Shown piece after piece: positions 37,646 through 47,820 of a DNA stretch of 52,376 nucleotides. The notes beneath the pieces are model-generated. The model made no database searches. It saw only the letters and a list, made by a program, of their open reading frames with translations, and had not been told where the DNA came from. Within the stretch, counting starts at the first letter, position 1. Every line of letters starts with the position of its first letter. The stretch spans positions 1-52,376 of IMG/VR virus record IMGVR_UViG_3300002219_000849; one strand, 5' to 3'. The position numbers were made by a program, and so were the translations under genes. The DNA comes from a virus. Taxonomy: Duplodnaviria; Caudoviricetes.

Positions 37646-40100
37646 ATTCTTCTTCTCCTAAGATATTTCCATATTTTTTGTTTCTGTTTGAAAATGATGG
37701 TTTCCCACCGTCTAATATTTTCATGATATTGAGTTTATCTTCAGTGTTTTCAATAAAATAATTAGTATATATGATATTGCCATCATTTTCAGCATAAATA
37801 TAATTGAATGCGTCACCATAAACTGCTACAGATGGGTTATGTGTTACAAAAATCAGTTGCTTGTCTCGTTTTTTCGACTTAATTAATGGAACGAGGTAAT
37901 TACTTATGTAATCATTGTCAATATTATCTTCTGGTTGATCAAACATAAGAATGCTTTCAGAAAGATCAAAAATTAAATCGAGATAGGCAACGCTTTGCAT
38001 ACCTAAGGATGCGTTAGATAAGTTGGTGATTAACCCCTCTTCTAATAGTTTCAAAATATCATTATAATTGTTAATCTCTAAATTCGGAACAGACTTGCTG
38101 TTCATTTGATAAAATTCTTTCTTTGGTAAAAAAATATCACTGTTTATGAACTTTTTCAAACCATCTGTCATATTCGACACTGTAGATTTTAAATTTTTTT
38201 CTCCATTAACATACCTTTCGAGTAACGCTATAGAGTTCGTATCGTTCTTTAGTTTTGATATTGAGTTTGTTAATTCTTCAACAAGCAGATCCGTAATGTT
38301 ATCTGGAATTTTATATGTAGTAACAAACATATATTTATTCACGATGGCTTTACCTATTTGTGGAGCATCTAAAGTGAAATTATCCAGCAGATGTTTTAAT
38401 TTATTAAACTCAAGCAAAATTGAAAAGTTATTTTTTAGATTGGTTAATATTTGACTAATCTCACGTCTTAGATCTGTCATAACTCTCTGCAATTCAGTTT
38501 TCCCCTTATTTACTACACCAATTCTTGTATTATGTTTATCAAAAATGGAATTATAGAGTTCATATAATTTCTTAAAATATCCGTGACTATTTCTCAAGTC
38601 TGAAAGTTGAGTACTTATACGTTCACTGTTTATTCCTGTTGAAGAAATATCCGTCTTTATTTTACTCAACATTGTTTCTGCATTATTGAAATATCCATCA
38701 ATTGTGTTGAAATTGAGTTTATTGCGACTAGTAAAGGTGTAGAAATCCAGTCTCCTGATTTGCTTTATTATTGAAGTTATGCTCTTGTAGTTTTTATCAT
38801 ATGGCTTAACACCTTGAGCGATTGATAATACTAGTTCCAACTTTGATTTGTCATAAGGTGCAAGTATCGGAAACTTACTTGAAATTGTTTGTAATGCTCT
38901 ATCTGGGTTCTCGTAAACCTCTTTAATTTTATCCTGCTTTATTATTGCAATTGATGATAATTGTCCCTCTGAAAGTGGGATTCCATCATAGTAATTACCA
39001 GAAATATTCTTAATATCAAATGCTTTATATTCTTTAATGTCCAAGCTCTCGCGATTACTTAATCTTTCTATGACAGATAGTAAAAGCGATTTACCACTAC
39101 CTCGTTTCCCTACTATTACATTTAAACCTGGTGAAAATCGGATGGGATGTTGAACACCTTTCATGCTAAACTGTACGGAACCAAGTATATTACCAGGAAT
39201 GACCACTTCGTTATCAGTAGTTCTTATGATTCTTGACTTAGGATCAAGAACAGCCATTTCAAACGAATCAAAATATGTATCGTAAGATCCAAAAATGAAG
39301 TTATTCAAAACGGGTGAGTAAGGTTCGGAGTTGTGCCAATCACTAAAAGTAAAATATGAGAAATATGAACCGTAGTTAACAATATACTCATACAATGCCT
39401 TCTCGTCTTCTTCAAGCTGGAAGTTTTCATCATGGATTCTTTTTCTGATATTATCGAGCAATGTTCTTCTATCTTGTCCTGTCTTATCTCTAAGAATCTC
39501 ATCAGCTCTTACTGAATGTGTATAAAAGTTAGCTGCCCATTCATTTTGGCTTATTTCATTAAAGCTCGGTCTAACGTCATATGCGCTAAAAATTTTATAC
39601 ATCGCAAATTTATATATATCATCTTTAGAAATATCGTCGAGATGCTTTAAAACATCAACAATTCCTTTCGCTTTATTACCTTCGGGTATAAGTATAAACT
39701 TTGTTTTTAACTGAAATAATCTCGCAATTATCTCACTTAACAATGGTTTTTTTCCGTCTTTGTATAGTTCAGTTATAATAGGATCTATTTTTGTCATATC
39801 GACATTTGGAGAAAAATATGCTCCCATTTGAAAAAAGTTATTACTGTCTACATAAACATCTAGTTCAATCCCGTAAATCAGCCTAATATTTTTATCCTTT
39901 ATATAATCTGTCAGTTTCGAATAAAAATCACTATCGAAAACATTATGATCAGTCACACTAAAAACTTCAACACCAGCATTGATCAATATGTCAGCAAAAG
40001 ACTGTGCATCCATTTCTTTGACCCTACCATTGTCCTTGTGTTTTGAAGCAAATGAATGCATATGTAAATCATACTTAAGCCATTTCGAATTGCTCATCAT
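37626..40100 (-). CDS. PHP phosphoesterase-ABC ATPase fusion (Ppl/TrlF-like)
   Basis: DLHMHS, TDHN, GIEL, SDWH; GKRGSGKS, SLG, FDQPEDNIDN, VTHN. Confidence 0.85.
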   Translation of the reverse strand: MMSNSKWLKYDLHMHSFASKHKDNGRVKEMDAQSFADILINAGVEVFSVTDHNVFDSDFYSKLTDYIKDKNIRLIYGIELDVYVDSNNFFQMGAYFSPNVDMTKIDPIITELYKDGKKPLLSEIIARLFQLKTKFILIPEGNKAKGIVDVLKHLDDISKDDIYKFAMYKIFSAYDVRPSFNEISQNEWAANFYTHSVRADEILRDKTGQDRRTLLDNIRKRIHDENFQLEEDEKALYEYIVNYGSYFSYFTFSDWHNSEPYSPVLNNFIFGSYDTYFDSFEMAVLDPKSRIIRTTDNEVVIPGNILGSVQFSMKGVQHPIRFSPGLNVIVGKRGSGKSLLLSVIERLSNRESLDIKEYKAFDIKNISGNYYDGIPLSEGQLSSIAIIKQDKIKEVYENPDRALQTISSKFPILAPYDKSKLELVLSIAQGVKPYDKNYKSITSIIKQIRRLDFYTFTSRNKLNFNTIDGYFNNAETMLSKIKTDISSTGINSERISTQLSDLRNSHGYFKKLYELYNSIFDKHNTRIGVVNKGKTELQRVMTDLRREISQILTNLKNNFSILLEFNKLKHLLDNFTLDAPQIGKAIVNKYMFVTTYKIPDNITDLLVEELTNSISKLKNDTNSIALLERYVNGEKNLKSTVSNMTDGLKKFINSDIFLPKKEFYQMNSKSVPNLEINNYNDILKLLEEGLITNLSNASLGMQSVAYLDLIFDLSESILMFDQPEDNIDNDYISNYLVPLIKSKKRDKQLIFVTHNPSVAVYGDAFNYIYAENDGNIIYTNYFIENTEDKLNIMKILDGGKPSFSNRNKKYGNILGEEEYGNNNI

Positions 40101-40281
40101 ACTATCCCCCTCCGTAATTCAATCTTATTATATAAAAAAACTCTATAAGATTATTATAGAGCTAGTAGATGATAAATACAAATTCTATTTATATTTATTA
40201 CATTTCAATATTGAACTTTAACGATTTAGCCAAAAATAAAATGATCAAAACTATTGTACGAACACTAACACATAACATAAA

Positions 40282-42240
40282 TCAATAGTTTGTTATTAAT
40301 ACTTCTTGAGTCTTTCCGTTTTTATCTTTAATCTGATAATTTGAGTTATTGTAGTTTGCGTTTAAATAAATAATATTATATCTATTATTCAAAGCCCAGT
40401 GCAGTAGTTCATGATGAACCTCACCTTTATGTTCAACGACATTAGATAAGGCAAATTTATGTCCCGCTAATGATGCTTTGCTTAAAAAATCGAGCAAATC
40501 ATTTTCATCTTTATGTGACCACCCATTGTTCTCATTATAACTTGCATTACCAAGTATATATGGTGGGTCACAGTATATGAATGCGTTTGCGTATTCATCA
40601 ATTTTTATCTCTTTAAAGTCTTTAGAATAAACAATTAAATTGTGATTTTTAATCATGGAAGCAAAATCTTTAATATTTCTTCTTGTCGATGAATTTAAAT
40701 CTCTCTTTCCAACTGGCATATTAAACTCTTTACTTGAATTAAATCGAATCTGATTATTAAACGCAAAAATTATGAGTGTTAAAAGAACAAAATCTTTAAC
40801 TTCAGAGCTCTTTAAGGAATTGTAATATTGTCTTAATTTTGAATAACCTTCTTTATTGAATGAACCAACCCCATTATCGCTACTGCAGCCATAATACTCG
40901 TAACCATTCAAATTAGTGTCGCTTAACCCGTATTTTTTGATAATGCTCTCTATTTTTCCAATAATATAATCAGAATCATACTTATAAAACAGCTTTACTA
41001 GTCTTGCAACTTCTTTCTGTTTATCGTTATATATCGTTGTTAGTGAACTAACATTAACCCCGACGTTAAACCCTCCGCCAAATAAATCAATGAAAACATC
41101 ATGTTTTTTCGGCATCCGTTCAAAAAGTTGTGGTATTAATTTGTACTTTCCACCTGTATAATTGAGCGGAGACTTTGCATAACCATTTATTTTCTCTACT
41201 GTACTATATTCCTGTTCATCACCAACAATACAGAGAAACAACCGTTCTTTGTGGTCTAAAACCTTTGATTTACCTGTAGTAAACTGATTAAATTCTTTTT
41301 CGAATATTTTTACTTCTCCTCTTTTTGAAAGAGCATTAATAATATCCGCATCAGAGATTTTTGCTTGTGAACGTCCAGCACCATTTGTCCCCATGTTGTT
41401 GTATGAGACCAATATGTACTTAGCCTTTATATTGCTGATTAAATCTGAGAAATGACGAGGTGCTGAACTAAGACAGTACTTGCTCTTTATTGAGTCATCA
41501 CGTTTCATTTTCTTTGCTACACCAAAGACTTCGGGTTTATCCCACTTAGCAACATTTTCTAATAGGTGATAAGCATCCGAATATTGACGTGAATTGTAAG
41601 GCGGATCGATATATACTAAATCGGCTTCAATTGTTTTCACCAATTCATTTGCATCACTGTTAAATATCAGATTATTTCTATTTACTTCATTCAATGGTAA
41701 GTCCAACATTAGCATCTTAATTCGATCACTCTTAGCCTTACCTATAATATATGCATCATAATGTCCTACAGTATTAGCAATACGATCCATCGCATAAATT
41801 AATGATGTTATCAAAATTGATTTTTCTCTTTTATTGATTTCATTGTTATTAAATTTTGATTCAATATCTTCCCTGATGTAACCAATCAGTCGAGAATTTA
41901 TTGTATTAAAATACGTTTCTTTAAAATTGATAGAGAAATAATTATCTGTTTCACATTCAATCAAATTATAGTTGTTTATCAAATTTTGAATTTTTTCATG
42001 ATCAAATTCTTCTGCAGAGAACCACGAATGATATGCAATATAATTTGATTGAAGAATATCATTAACGATTATCGATGTATGAAAATCATTAAATGTCGCT
42101 GCCACATTACCCGTTCCAGCAAAAATATCTGCAAAGCTGTTGATTCCAACACATTCATCCAAAACAACTTTCTTTATAAAATCAATCAGTTTGGTTTTAC
42201 TCCCTAAATATCTTCTATTTCTAATTGCTATCGTTTCCAT
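40282..42240 (-). CDS. Double-domain Dam/FokI-type adenine methyltransferase
   Basis: Two sets of motifs: YLGSK/DIFAGTG/DPPY and YTGGK/DLFGGG/DPPY. Confidence 0.92.
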   Translation of the reverse strand: METIAIRNRRYLGSKTKLIDFIKKVVLDECVGINSFADIFAGTGNVAATFNDFHTSIIVNDILQSNYIAYHSWFSAEEFDHEKIQNLINNYNLIECETDNYFSINFKETYFNTINSRLIGYIREDIESKFNNNEINKREKSILITSLIYAMDRIANTVGHYDAYIIGKAKSDRIKMLMLDLPLNEVNRNNLIFNSDANELVKTIEADLVYIDPPYNSRQYSDAYHLLENVAKWDKPEVFGVAKKMKRDDSIKSKYCLSSAPRHFSDLISNIKAKYILVSYNNMGTNGAGRSQAKISDADIINALSKRGEVKIFEKEFNQFTTGKSKVLDHKERLFLCIVGDEQEYSTVEKINGYAKSPLNYTGGKYKLIPQLFERMPKKHDVFIDLFGGGFNVGVNVSSLTTIYNDKQKEVARLVKLFYKYDSDYIIGKIESIIKKYGLSDTNLNGYEYYGCSSDNGVGSFNKEGYSKLRQYYNSLKSSEVKDFVLLTLIIFAFNNQIRFNSSKEFNMPVGKRDLNSSTRRNIKDFASMIKNHNLIVYSKDFKEIKIDEYANAFIYCDPPYILGNASYNENNGWSHKDENDLLDFLSKASLAGHKFALSNVVEHKGEVHHELLHWALNNRYNIIYLNANYNNSNYQIKDKNGKTQEVLITNY

Positions 42241-42316
42241 ACTGACTCCATTTCCATTTTAGGCATCTAATGCATCTATTATAACTTATGATATACCTAA
42301 ATGAAAGCATAAAAAA

Positions 42317-44308
42317 CTATAAAGTTGTTACAATATCTTTTTGATACCATTCATTGCTAATTCTGGGTGACAAAAACGCATTTTCAAAAATAGAGTAAAG
42401 TGAAGCATAATCTCGATTGTTTAGAATGATTTGTTTTATATCTCTTCCATCTAAAGTGATTATTTTTATTCTTGCATCTTCAAACCCATCAATTTCATAA
42501 TCTTTTTGTAGTCTAAATGTTTGCATGGTCTTCTTGCTCAGTACAGAAGCAACGAAGACACAATAGTCATTGACATTCCTAGATTTCAGAAGTTGTGATT
42601 CAAGATGTCTGGTTACTGGTTCCCATTCCATTTGTCTTTGCGAATCTCTTTCACTAAGTGTAACCTCTAGAAGCATGTTATGCTTGGGATACGTATCAGT
42701 GCCTTCGTAAGTAAACACTAAATCTGCATTACCGCCAATGGCATGTGATTTAGGAAGATAATTCGCATCCAATGAAAGTTTGAGAAAATCTTCTATAAAA
42801 CCGATTCTTCCGCTCTGCTTATACCAGATAATACCTATGATATACTCGAAGCATGTCGATGGAGTTGCATCGTCTGTAACTAATTCCTTAATCCGTTCAT
42901 CATTTCTATCAATAAATGAATCCATCAACTCTAATAGCACTTCTTCAGGAAATTTTAGATCAATAAGCTCATTAAACTCTTGATTTCTCTTATTCTTTAA
43001 AAACAGCTCAATGTCTGTAATCTCAGGATCAATACCAAGCTTAATCTGAACACTACGATAAACATCATTCTTGCTTTTATCTAAAACAGGATTAATATCC
43101 ACCAATGATATGTCTTTCAGGTACTTAATTATGTACTCATCCTGATTTAGTAATGGTTCTTGTAGTAAATCATCAACTAAATCTTCAAAAAAAGCTGAAG
43201 CTAAAGTTGTTAATGAAAATTGTTCTTGATTATACTTAATTATGTCTGTAAGCAAAAAATATCTTCTATTTAAATCAAAATAATCCTCGAGAGTACTCTC
43301 CCATTTCATCGTATGCCATGCATAAAAGAACTTTTCCTTAAATGCATTATCCGTTGAACAACTAAAAAGTTCATTCTCATAAATTCTAACAATAGAATCT
43401 GAATTGATTTTTCTGTTGTTAACTTTTAAATATTTTCTCCATGAAACCTGTTGATTACTATTAATTTTTTTCAACATTAAATGTAATCTCTTAGCTTTTG
43501 AAATTTTTGCTTCGACTGAGTCAATATCTTTGTTTTCGAACATATCAAAAAGACATAGATATACTGGAAATATAGGTTTGTCATATGAAGTGGATTTACG
43601 ATTAAACCCAATTGCTGTAATTGTATCTTCAGAAACATCAGGAGAACTAAGCAGCAATTCTAAAGCTTCGTTATAATTTGACATGCTTGAGATTTTGTTA
43701 GCGATTATGGATTCGATAGAAACTTCACCATTTCGTAGTTGCACTATGGTTTCTGAAGTATCAATAACATCAGATACGTTTAGACAAGTTGGTAACAAAT
43801 ATGTGAACTCTTGTCTACTGAGATATTCATGTTTTGTTACTAGGTATAGAAATGCCAGAAAGGGTTTAATTTTTATGTCTTCTTCGTATATTTGCGTTTT
43901 AAGAAGTTGTTTTAAATAGACAAAGCTGTCTTTATCAATCTCAAAAAACTCATCATTTTGCCCTGCTTCTAGTTCACGAATAGATAGGATTTTATTCCCT
44001 ATTTCAGTGAGTTTTCTAGAATCTCTATCAACTAAACCTAGGTCCGCTAACGCAGATGTTAATTGTCGTGCATCCTTTGCTTTGTTCGGAGCAGTTCCTC
44101 TAATAAAAGGTTTACCGTCAATACTTTTAGTAGACAGCAGATCATAATACTTATTTTGAAGATTAGGAGCCCACTGTTCATCAGGATATTGCAAAAATAG
44201 TTCTTTTAGTGCATTTAGCTGAATTTCAATTTTGAGATTAAGATTACTTTCTCTAAATGTGGTGTTCCCAATTGTCCAAACATATTTCTTAAATGTCATA
44301 TTAATCAA
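42317..44308 (-). CDS. AlwI-family type IIS restriction endonuclease
   Basis: WTIGNTTFR, KDARQ, P..HAIGGNAD, EVTL..Q..ME.EPVTRH; adjacent fused MTase. Confidence 0.85.
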   Translation of the reverse strand: MINMTFKKYVWTIGNTTFRESNLNLKIEIQLNALKELFLQYPDEQWAPNLQNKYYDLLSTKSIDGKPFIRGTAPNKAKDARQLTSALADLGLVDRDSRKLTEIGNKILSIRELEAGQNDEFFEIDKDSFVYLKQLLKTQIYEEDIKIKPFLAFLYLVTKHEYLSRQEFTYLLPTCLNVSDVIDTSETIVQLRNGEVSIESIIANKISSMSNYNEALELLLSSPDVSEDTITAIGFNRKSTSYDKPIFPVYLCLFDMFENKDIDSVEAKISKAKRLHLMLKKINSNQQVSWRKYLKVNNRKINSDSIVRIYENELFSCSTDNAFKEKFFYAWHTMKWESTLEDYFDLNRRYFLLTDIIKYNQEQFSLTTLASAFFEDLVDDLLQEPLLNQDEYIIKYLKDISLVDINPVLDKSKNDVYRSVQIKLGIDPEITDIELFLKNKRNQEFNELIDLKFPEEVLLELMDSFIDRNDERIKELVTDDATPSTCFEYIIGIIWYKQSGRIGFIEDFLKLSLDANYLPKSHAIGGNADLVFTYEGTDTYPKHNMLLEVTLSERDSQRQMEWEPVTRHLESQLLKSRNVNDYCVFVASVLSKKTMQTFRLQKDYEIDGFEDARIKIITLDGRDIKQIILNNRDYASLYSIFENAFLSPRISNEWYQKDIVTTL

Positions 44309-44405
44309 CTCCCATTATGAAAATTATATCAAATTCTTGCTTAAATCGAACATAAATAAGGGAATCAATCATTTAATTTTACATTTTTTTAGAAAGGGGC
44401 AGTTC

Positions 44406-44840
44406 TTATACCTTGTAATTCATCCATTTTCTAATCATGATATTTATTTTATTGTACTTTTCTGATTTAGAAAAGATATTCACTTTATTTTCTATTATTA
44501 ACTGTTTGAGAAGCAAAATCTCATCACATGTTATTTTTGAAAGAAAAGAATAATAACTGCTTATTATTTTGTTGTTATTTAAAACTTGTTTCTCAATTAT
44601 GTCCATCTTATCTAACCAATACAACAACTCACCATCTCCAGAAGAACGTGAACCAGAAGATCCAATGCGATCATAAGATACACCTTTGTATCCAATAAGC
44701 TTCATGTTATAGAACTCCAATTTTTCCTGGAGTTCTTTTTCTTTCCTCATCGCTCTTCTAACATCATCAATCCACTTGTAGAAGGGTTCGTTTAATCCAC
44801 GATTCGAATGACTCATTTGACATCTTCCTCCTATGTTCAA
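44406..44840 (-). CDS. Putative late transcription regulator (RinA/ArpU-like position)
   Basis: Last early gene after the initiator; KGVSYD..S motif; C-terminus looks AT-rich and possibly replaced. Confidence 0.45.
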   Translation of the reverse strand: MNIGGRCQMSHSNRGLNEPFYKWIDDVRRAMRKEKELQEKLEFYNMKLIGYKGVSYDRIGSSGSRSSGDGELLYWLDKMDIIEKQVLNNNKIISSYYSFLSKITCDEILLLKQLIIENKVNIFSKSEKYNKINIMIRKWMNYKV

Positions 44841-45690
44841 ATTGTTTTAAATTGTTTTGAAGTGAATCCCTCATGAATGCGAATTTATCTTCTATAGGTG
44901 GATTAGGATTCTTTGAGTATTTAACGACATAGTCCACAGCTGATAGAACGTCTTCAAACCCATAACCTCGTATGGTTTCTTCAAAGAGAATGTTATATTT
45001 GATGACATCAAGAGAGGTTTCATCGATGTATTTGTTTTTGATTAAAGAATTGGTAATAAAATGTAATTTAGGGAGGCCGTACGGCCCTTTATCTTCTTTA
45101 TCCTCTTTATCATTTTTTCTTTCTTTTTTCTTTTCTTTTTCTTTTTGTGTACTTTTGTTTACATTAACTCGGTTATTGTCAGCATTAACTTGATTATTGT
45201 TATCACTAACGCCATTTGTGTCTACATTAATCAGATTATTGTCGACAGTAATGTTTTTGTTTGTTTTATTGAAAATGCTTAATTCTAGCATCGTTTTTTC
45301 ATCGAGTAACCAGTACTTATCAGCACCAGTGTTTTTTCGTCTTCGGGTAGATAGGATGAACTGTTTTTGAATCGATTTTGATGTGATCACATCGTCCTTC
45401 AATAGATCATTGTTGAAAAGACCAACCTTCCCACAGTACACAATCACCTCTTCAATATCGACTGGATTTGGAGCCCAGTTCGCACCGATGCTTTTCACAA
45501 GCGTCTTTGCTAATGATGAGATTGATTTTTCTAGAAAGTAGCCGTTCGCATAAATCATCGCTAAAAGTCTGATATAGATAATCTCACCAAAATAACCGAA
45601 AGCAAGATTAAGGTCTTGAATCTTTTCATCTTCAAAAATGTTCACGTCCAGAGGAAAGTATTGTAAGCCTTGTTTGAATGGTCGTGCCAT
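44767..45690 (-). CDS. Replication initiator (DUF4373/Lin1244-like N-terminus)
   Basis: MARP.KQGLQYFPLDV, IYANGYF, ITSKSIQKQF. Confidence 0.85.
   Translation of the reverse strand: MARPFKQGLQYFPLDVNIFEDEKIQDLNLAFGYFGEIIYIRLLAMIYANGYFLEKSISSLAKTLVKSIGANWAPNPVDIEEVIVYCGKVGLFNNDLLKDDVITSKSIQKQFILSTRRRKNTGADKYWLLDEKTMLELSIFNKTNKNITVDNNLINVDTNGVSDNNNQVNADNNRVNVNKSTQKEKEKKKERKNDKEDKEDKGPYGLPKLHFITNSLIKNKYIDETSLDVIKYNILFEETIRGYGFEDVLSAVDYVVKYSKNPNPPIEDKFAFMRDSLQNNLKQFEHRRKMSNESFESWIKRTLLQVD
45090..45252. repeat. Putative phage origin: five 21-bp-period iterons plus AT-rich tract
   Basis: CA(T/C/G)TAA(C/T) at 45162, 45183, 45204, 45225 and 45246, next to a T/C-rich tract. Confidence 0.65.
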
Positions 45691-45749
45691 AAGTTTTCCC
45701 TTTCGTGAGTATAGTTAAAAACCGCCCATTTCGGGCATTTACTAAATGA

Positions 45750-45838
45750 CACTTGAACGCCACTTCACGCCTACTTGATAACCACTTGAACACTACTTGA
45801 TGTATAGTTCACGTTTCTGTTCACAAGCATTATCGGTA
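45750..45838. repeat. Six 11-bp-period YACTTG repeats + CTGTTCACAAGYATTATCGGTA, copy 2
   Basis: Hexamers at 45750, 45761, 45772, 45783, 45794 and 45805; 22-mer at 45817. Confidence 0.85.
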
Positions 45839-45863
45839 AGTGTGAAGCAGCAAACAGTTGTCC

Positions 45864-46055
45864 TTACTTCATGTTTCGTAGAATGAATTCATCTAAGTGT
45901 TCTTGAGTTACTCTCCATTGGTTCCCAACCTTGAAAGCTTTGATTTTCTTTGTCTTGATATACTTTAAAAGTGTCGGTCTCTTGACTTGAAGTATCTCTT
46001 GAAGCTCATTCACGCTATAGACATTCTCATTTTTCTTTACGTTGTTTGTTTCCAT
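45864..46055 (-). CDS. Excisionase-like HTH_17 DNA-binding protein
   Basis: YSVNELQEILQV..TLLKYIK..IKAFKVGNQWRV. Confidence 0.88.
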   Translation of the reverse strand: METNNVKKNENVYSVNELQEILQVKRPTLLKYIKTKKIKAFKVGNQWRVTQEHLDEFILRNMK

Positions 46056-46770
46056 CGTATTCTTTTAGGATCCTTTCGATGAATGTAATTCCGCCTTTAT
46101 AGACGTATGTTTTGGTTGACTTGATAACTGTTCCACTCGATACCACTTTCGCTTCAACGACTCTGAAATACTTCTTATCACAGAAGTCTTGAAACGGTAT
46201 GTTCTGTTCATCTAAAACATGAGCAGTTCTTAGAATCTTTAACAGGACGTCTCGACCGATATTCTTGAAGCGTATCACTTCATGAACCATATCTAGATCC
46301 ACACAACTCGTAGTTCCTAATAAGTTATCTATGGCTTTAATCTTTGGTGTATTCATTTTGAGTGTAGTTTCTAGGACATTTGCTCTAACTTTTAATTCTT
46401 GAAACTCATCCAGGAATTCGATAATCTTATCCGGATTCTCAAAATCCTCAATCTGATAGATGCCATAACGGATGAGTTGAGGTAATACGGTGCGATATAA
46501 CCAATCTCCAATTACTTCTGCGTCTTTGCGCTTAGATTGGAAGAATATGGTGGATAGGTGGTCTGCGGTAACAAAGAACATATTTTGATGTGTTTTATCG
46601 TGGGGAACGCTCACAAGCTTTATACTGGTGTCGTTCAGTTTGGTCCGGACTTCTGATACGCTTTTAATCTCAAACATGCGACAGAGATCCTTCAGGTTGA
46701 AGCAAGGTTCATCATCCACTATCGTGGCACGAACTTTGCCATAGGCATTGTGTTCAAACTCTCTAATCAT
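46027..46770 (-). CDS. BRO-N / KilA-C antirepressor
   Basis: GKVR..EPCFNLKDLC, WLYRTVLPQL..G.Y, IGR..L..PFQ..YF..T.V..GG..FI. Confidence 0.85.
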   Translation of the reverse strand: MIREFEHNAYGKVRATIVDDEPCFNLKDLCRMFEIKSVSEVRTKLNDTSIKLVSVPHDKTHQNMFFVTADHLSTIFFQSKRKDAEVIGDWLYRTVLPQLIRYGIYQIEDFENPDKIIEFLDEFQELKVRANVLETTLKMNTPKIKAIDNLLGTTSCVDLDMVHEVIRFKNIGRDVLLKILRTAHVLDEQNIPFQDFCDKKYFRVVEAKVVSSGTVIKSTKTYVYKGGITFIERILKEYDGNKQRKEK

Positions 46771-46781
46771 AGGTTTTCCCT

Positions 46782-47702
46782 TCACTTTTTCTTTTTGGTA
46801 GTTTGGAATAGCGCTGTGCTTATCTGCCACTCAAGATGATTCTTAGCTTTGCTCAATCGGTGAGCATAAATCTTCGTGGTAGATATGTCTTTATGGCGCA
46901 TTAATTGCTGTGCTGCATCTAAATCTCCACCCAAGTCCAGCGCTAAAGAAGCTGCTGTATGCCTAAGGCTATGGGCAGAATACTTGGGATCATCGATCCC
47001 GATATCTCTAAGCATTTCTTTAACCACCATACTAATCATTCGTGTCCTCAGTCTGGTTCCCTGATAGGGTTTCGTATGATTAATGAAGAGTGGTTTATAT
47101 TCATCTTGTCGCTCGATCAAATATTCTTCAATCAAGCCATACACTTCTGGAGAGAGTTTGACATACGCATCTTTCTCATCGTGACCTTTACCCATGATGT
47201 ATAACACCTTGGTTTCATCAACGAAGCTGATATCATCCACATCTGCTCTTTCCACTTCAATTGTTCTTAATCCGGTTGTTAATAATAGCGCAATCAGAGC
47301 ATGATCTCTTTTTCCAATGATGCTCTTACTCGAATAGCGTTTCGCTCTGTTTAATAGTTTAATAGCCGCTTCAAGAGATAATGATTCCCTCTTAAAGTCG
47401 GATTCAATCTTCATACCTTTTACACCTTCAGCTGCATTGGGTCCGAAACCTTCAATGTAGTACCATCGATAAAATCCCCTTATGACTACAATGTGTTTTT
47501 GAACGGATGCAGCTCTTAGCCTGGACTTCAGTTGTTCACGATAAGCCATGACATCTTGCCTAGTTGGTAGGTTAGGCAAGCCATCAGCGAACTCAGCGAA
47601 CTGGGCAAGCATCTTCCCGTAGGAACGCTTGGTGTTTTCTTTGATATCGAATCTTTGGATATAAATATCGATAATCTCTCGAAAAAAGCCCTTGTCGTCC
47701 AT
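46782..47702 (-). CDS. Tyrosine recombinase (Xer-like)
   Basis: TGLR, GKG, HSLRH, MRH and TKIY catalytic residues intact. Confidence 0.92.
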   Translation of the reverse strand: MDDKGFFREIIDIYIQRFDIKENTKRSYGKMLAQFAEFADGLPNLPTRQDVMAYREQLKSRLRAASVQKHIVVIRGFYRWYYIEGFGPNAAEGVKGMKIESDFKRESLSLEAAIKLLNRAKRYSSKSIIGKRDHALIALLLTTGLRTIEVERADVDDISFVDETKVLYIMGKGHDEKDAYVKLSPEVYGLIEEYLIERQDEYKPLFINHTKPYQGTRLRTRMISMVVKEMLRDIGIDDPKYSAHSLRHTAASLALDLGGDLDAAQQLMRHKDISTTKIYAHRLSKAKNHLEWQISTALFQTTKKKK

Positions 47703-47820
47703 TTTTATCCTTTCAATGGTTTGTTATTTTAGTAATGAGTTGTATAATCGGAATTGTAGAAGGGCGGTCGCTTTTCTACTGGCCAGGTTTGTACCCCAAA
47801 TACAAGCTTGGCGTCTTTTT

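Noticed and set aside
42317-44308. Assigning the RM recognition sequence
   Set aside because: The family covers several asymmetric sites; needs REBASE comparison or methylome data
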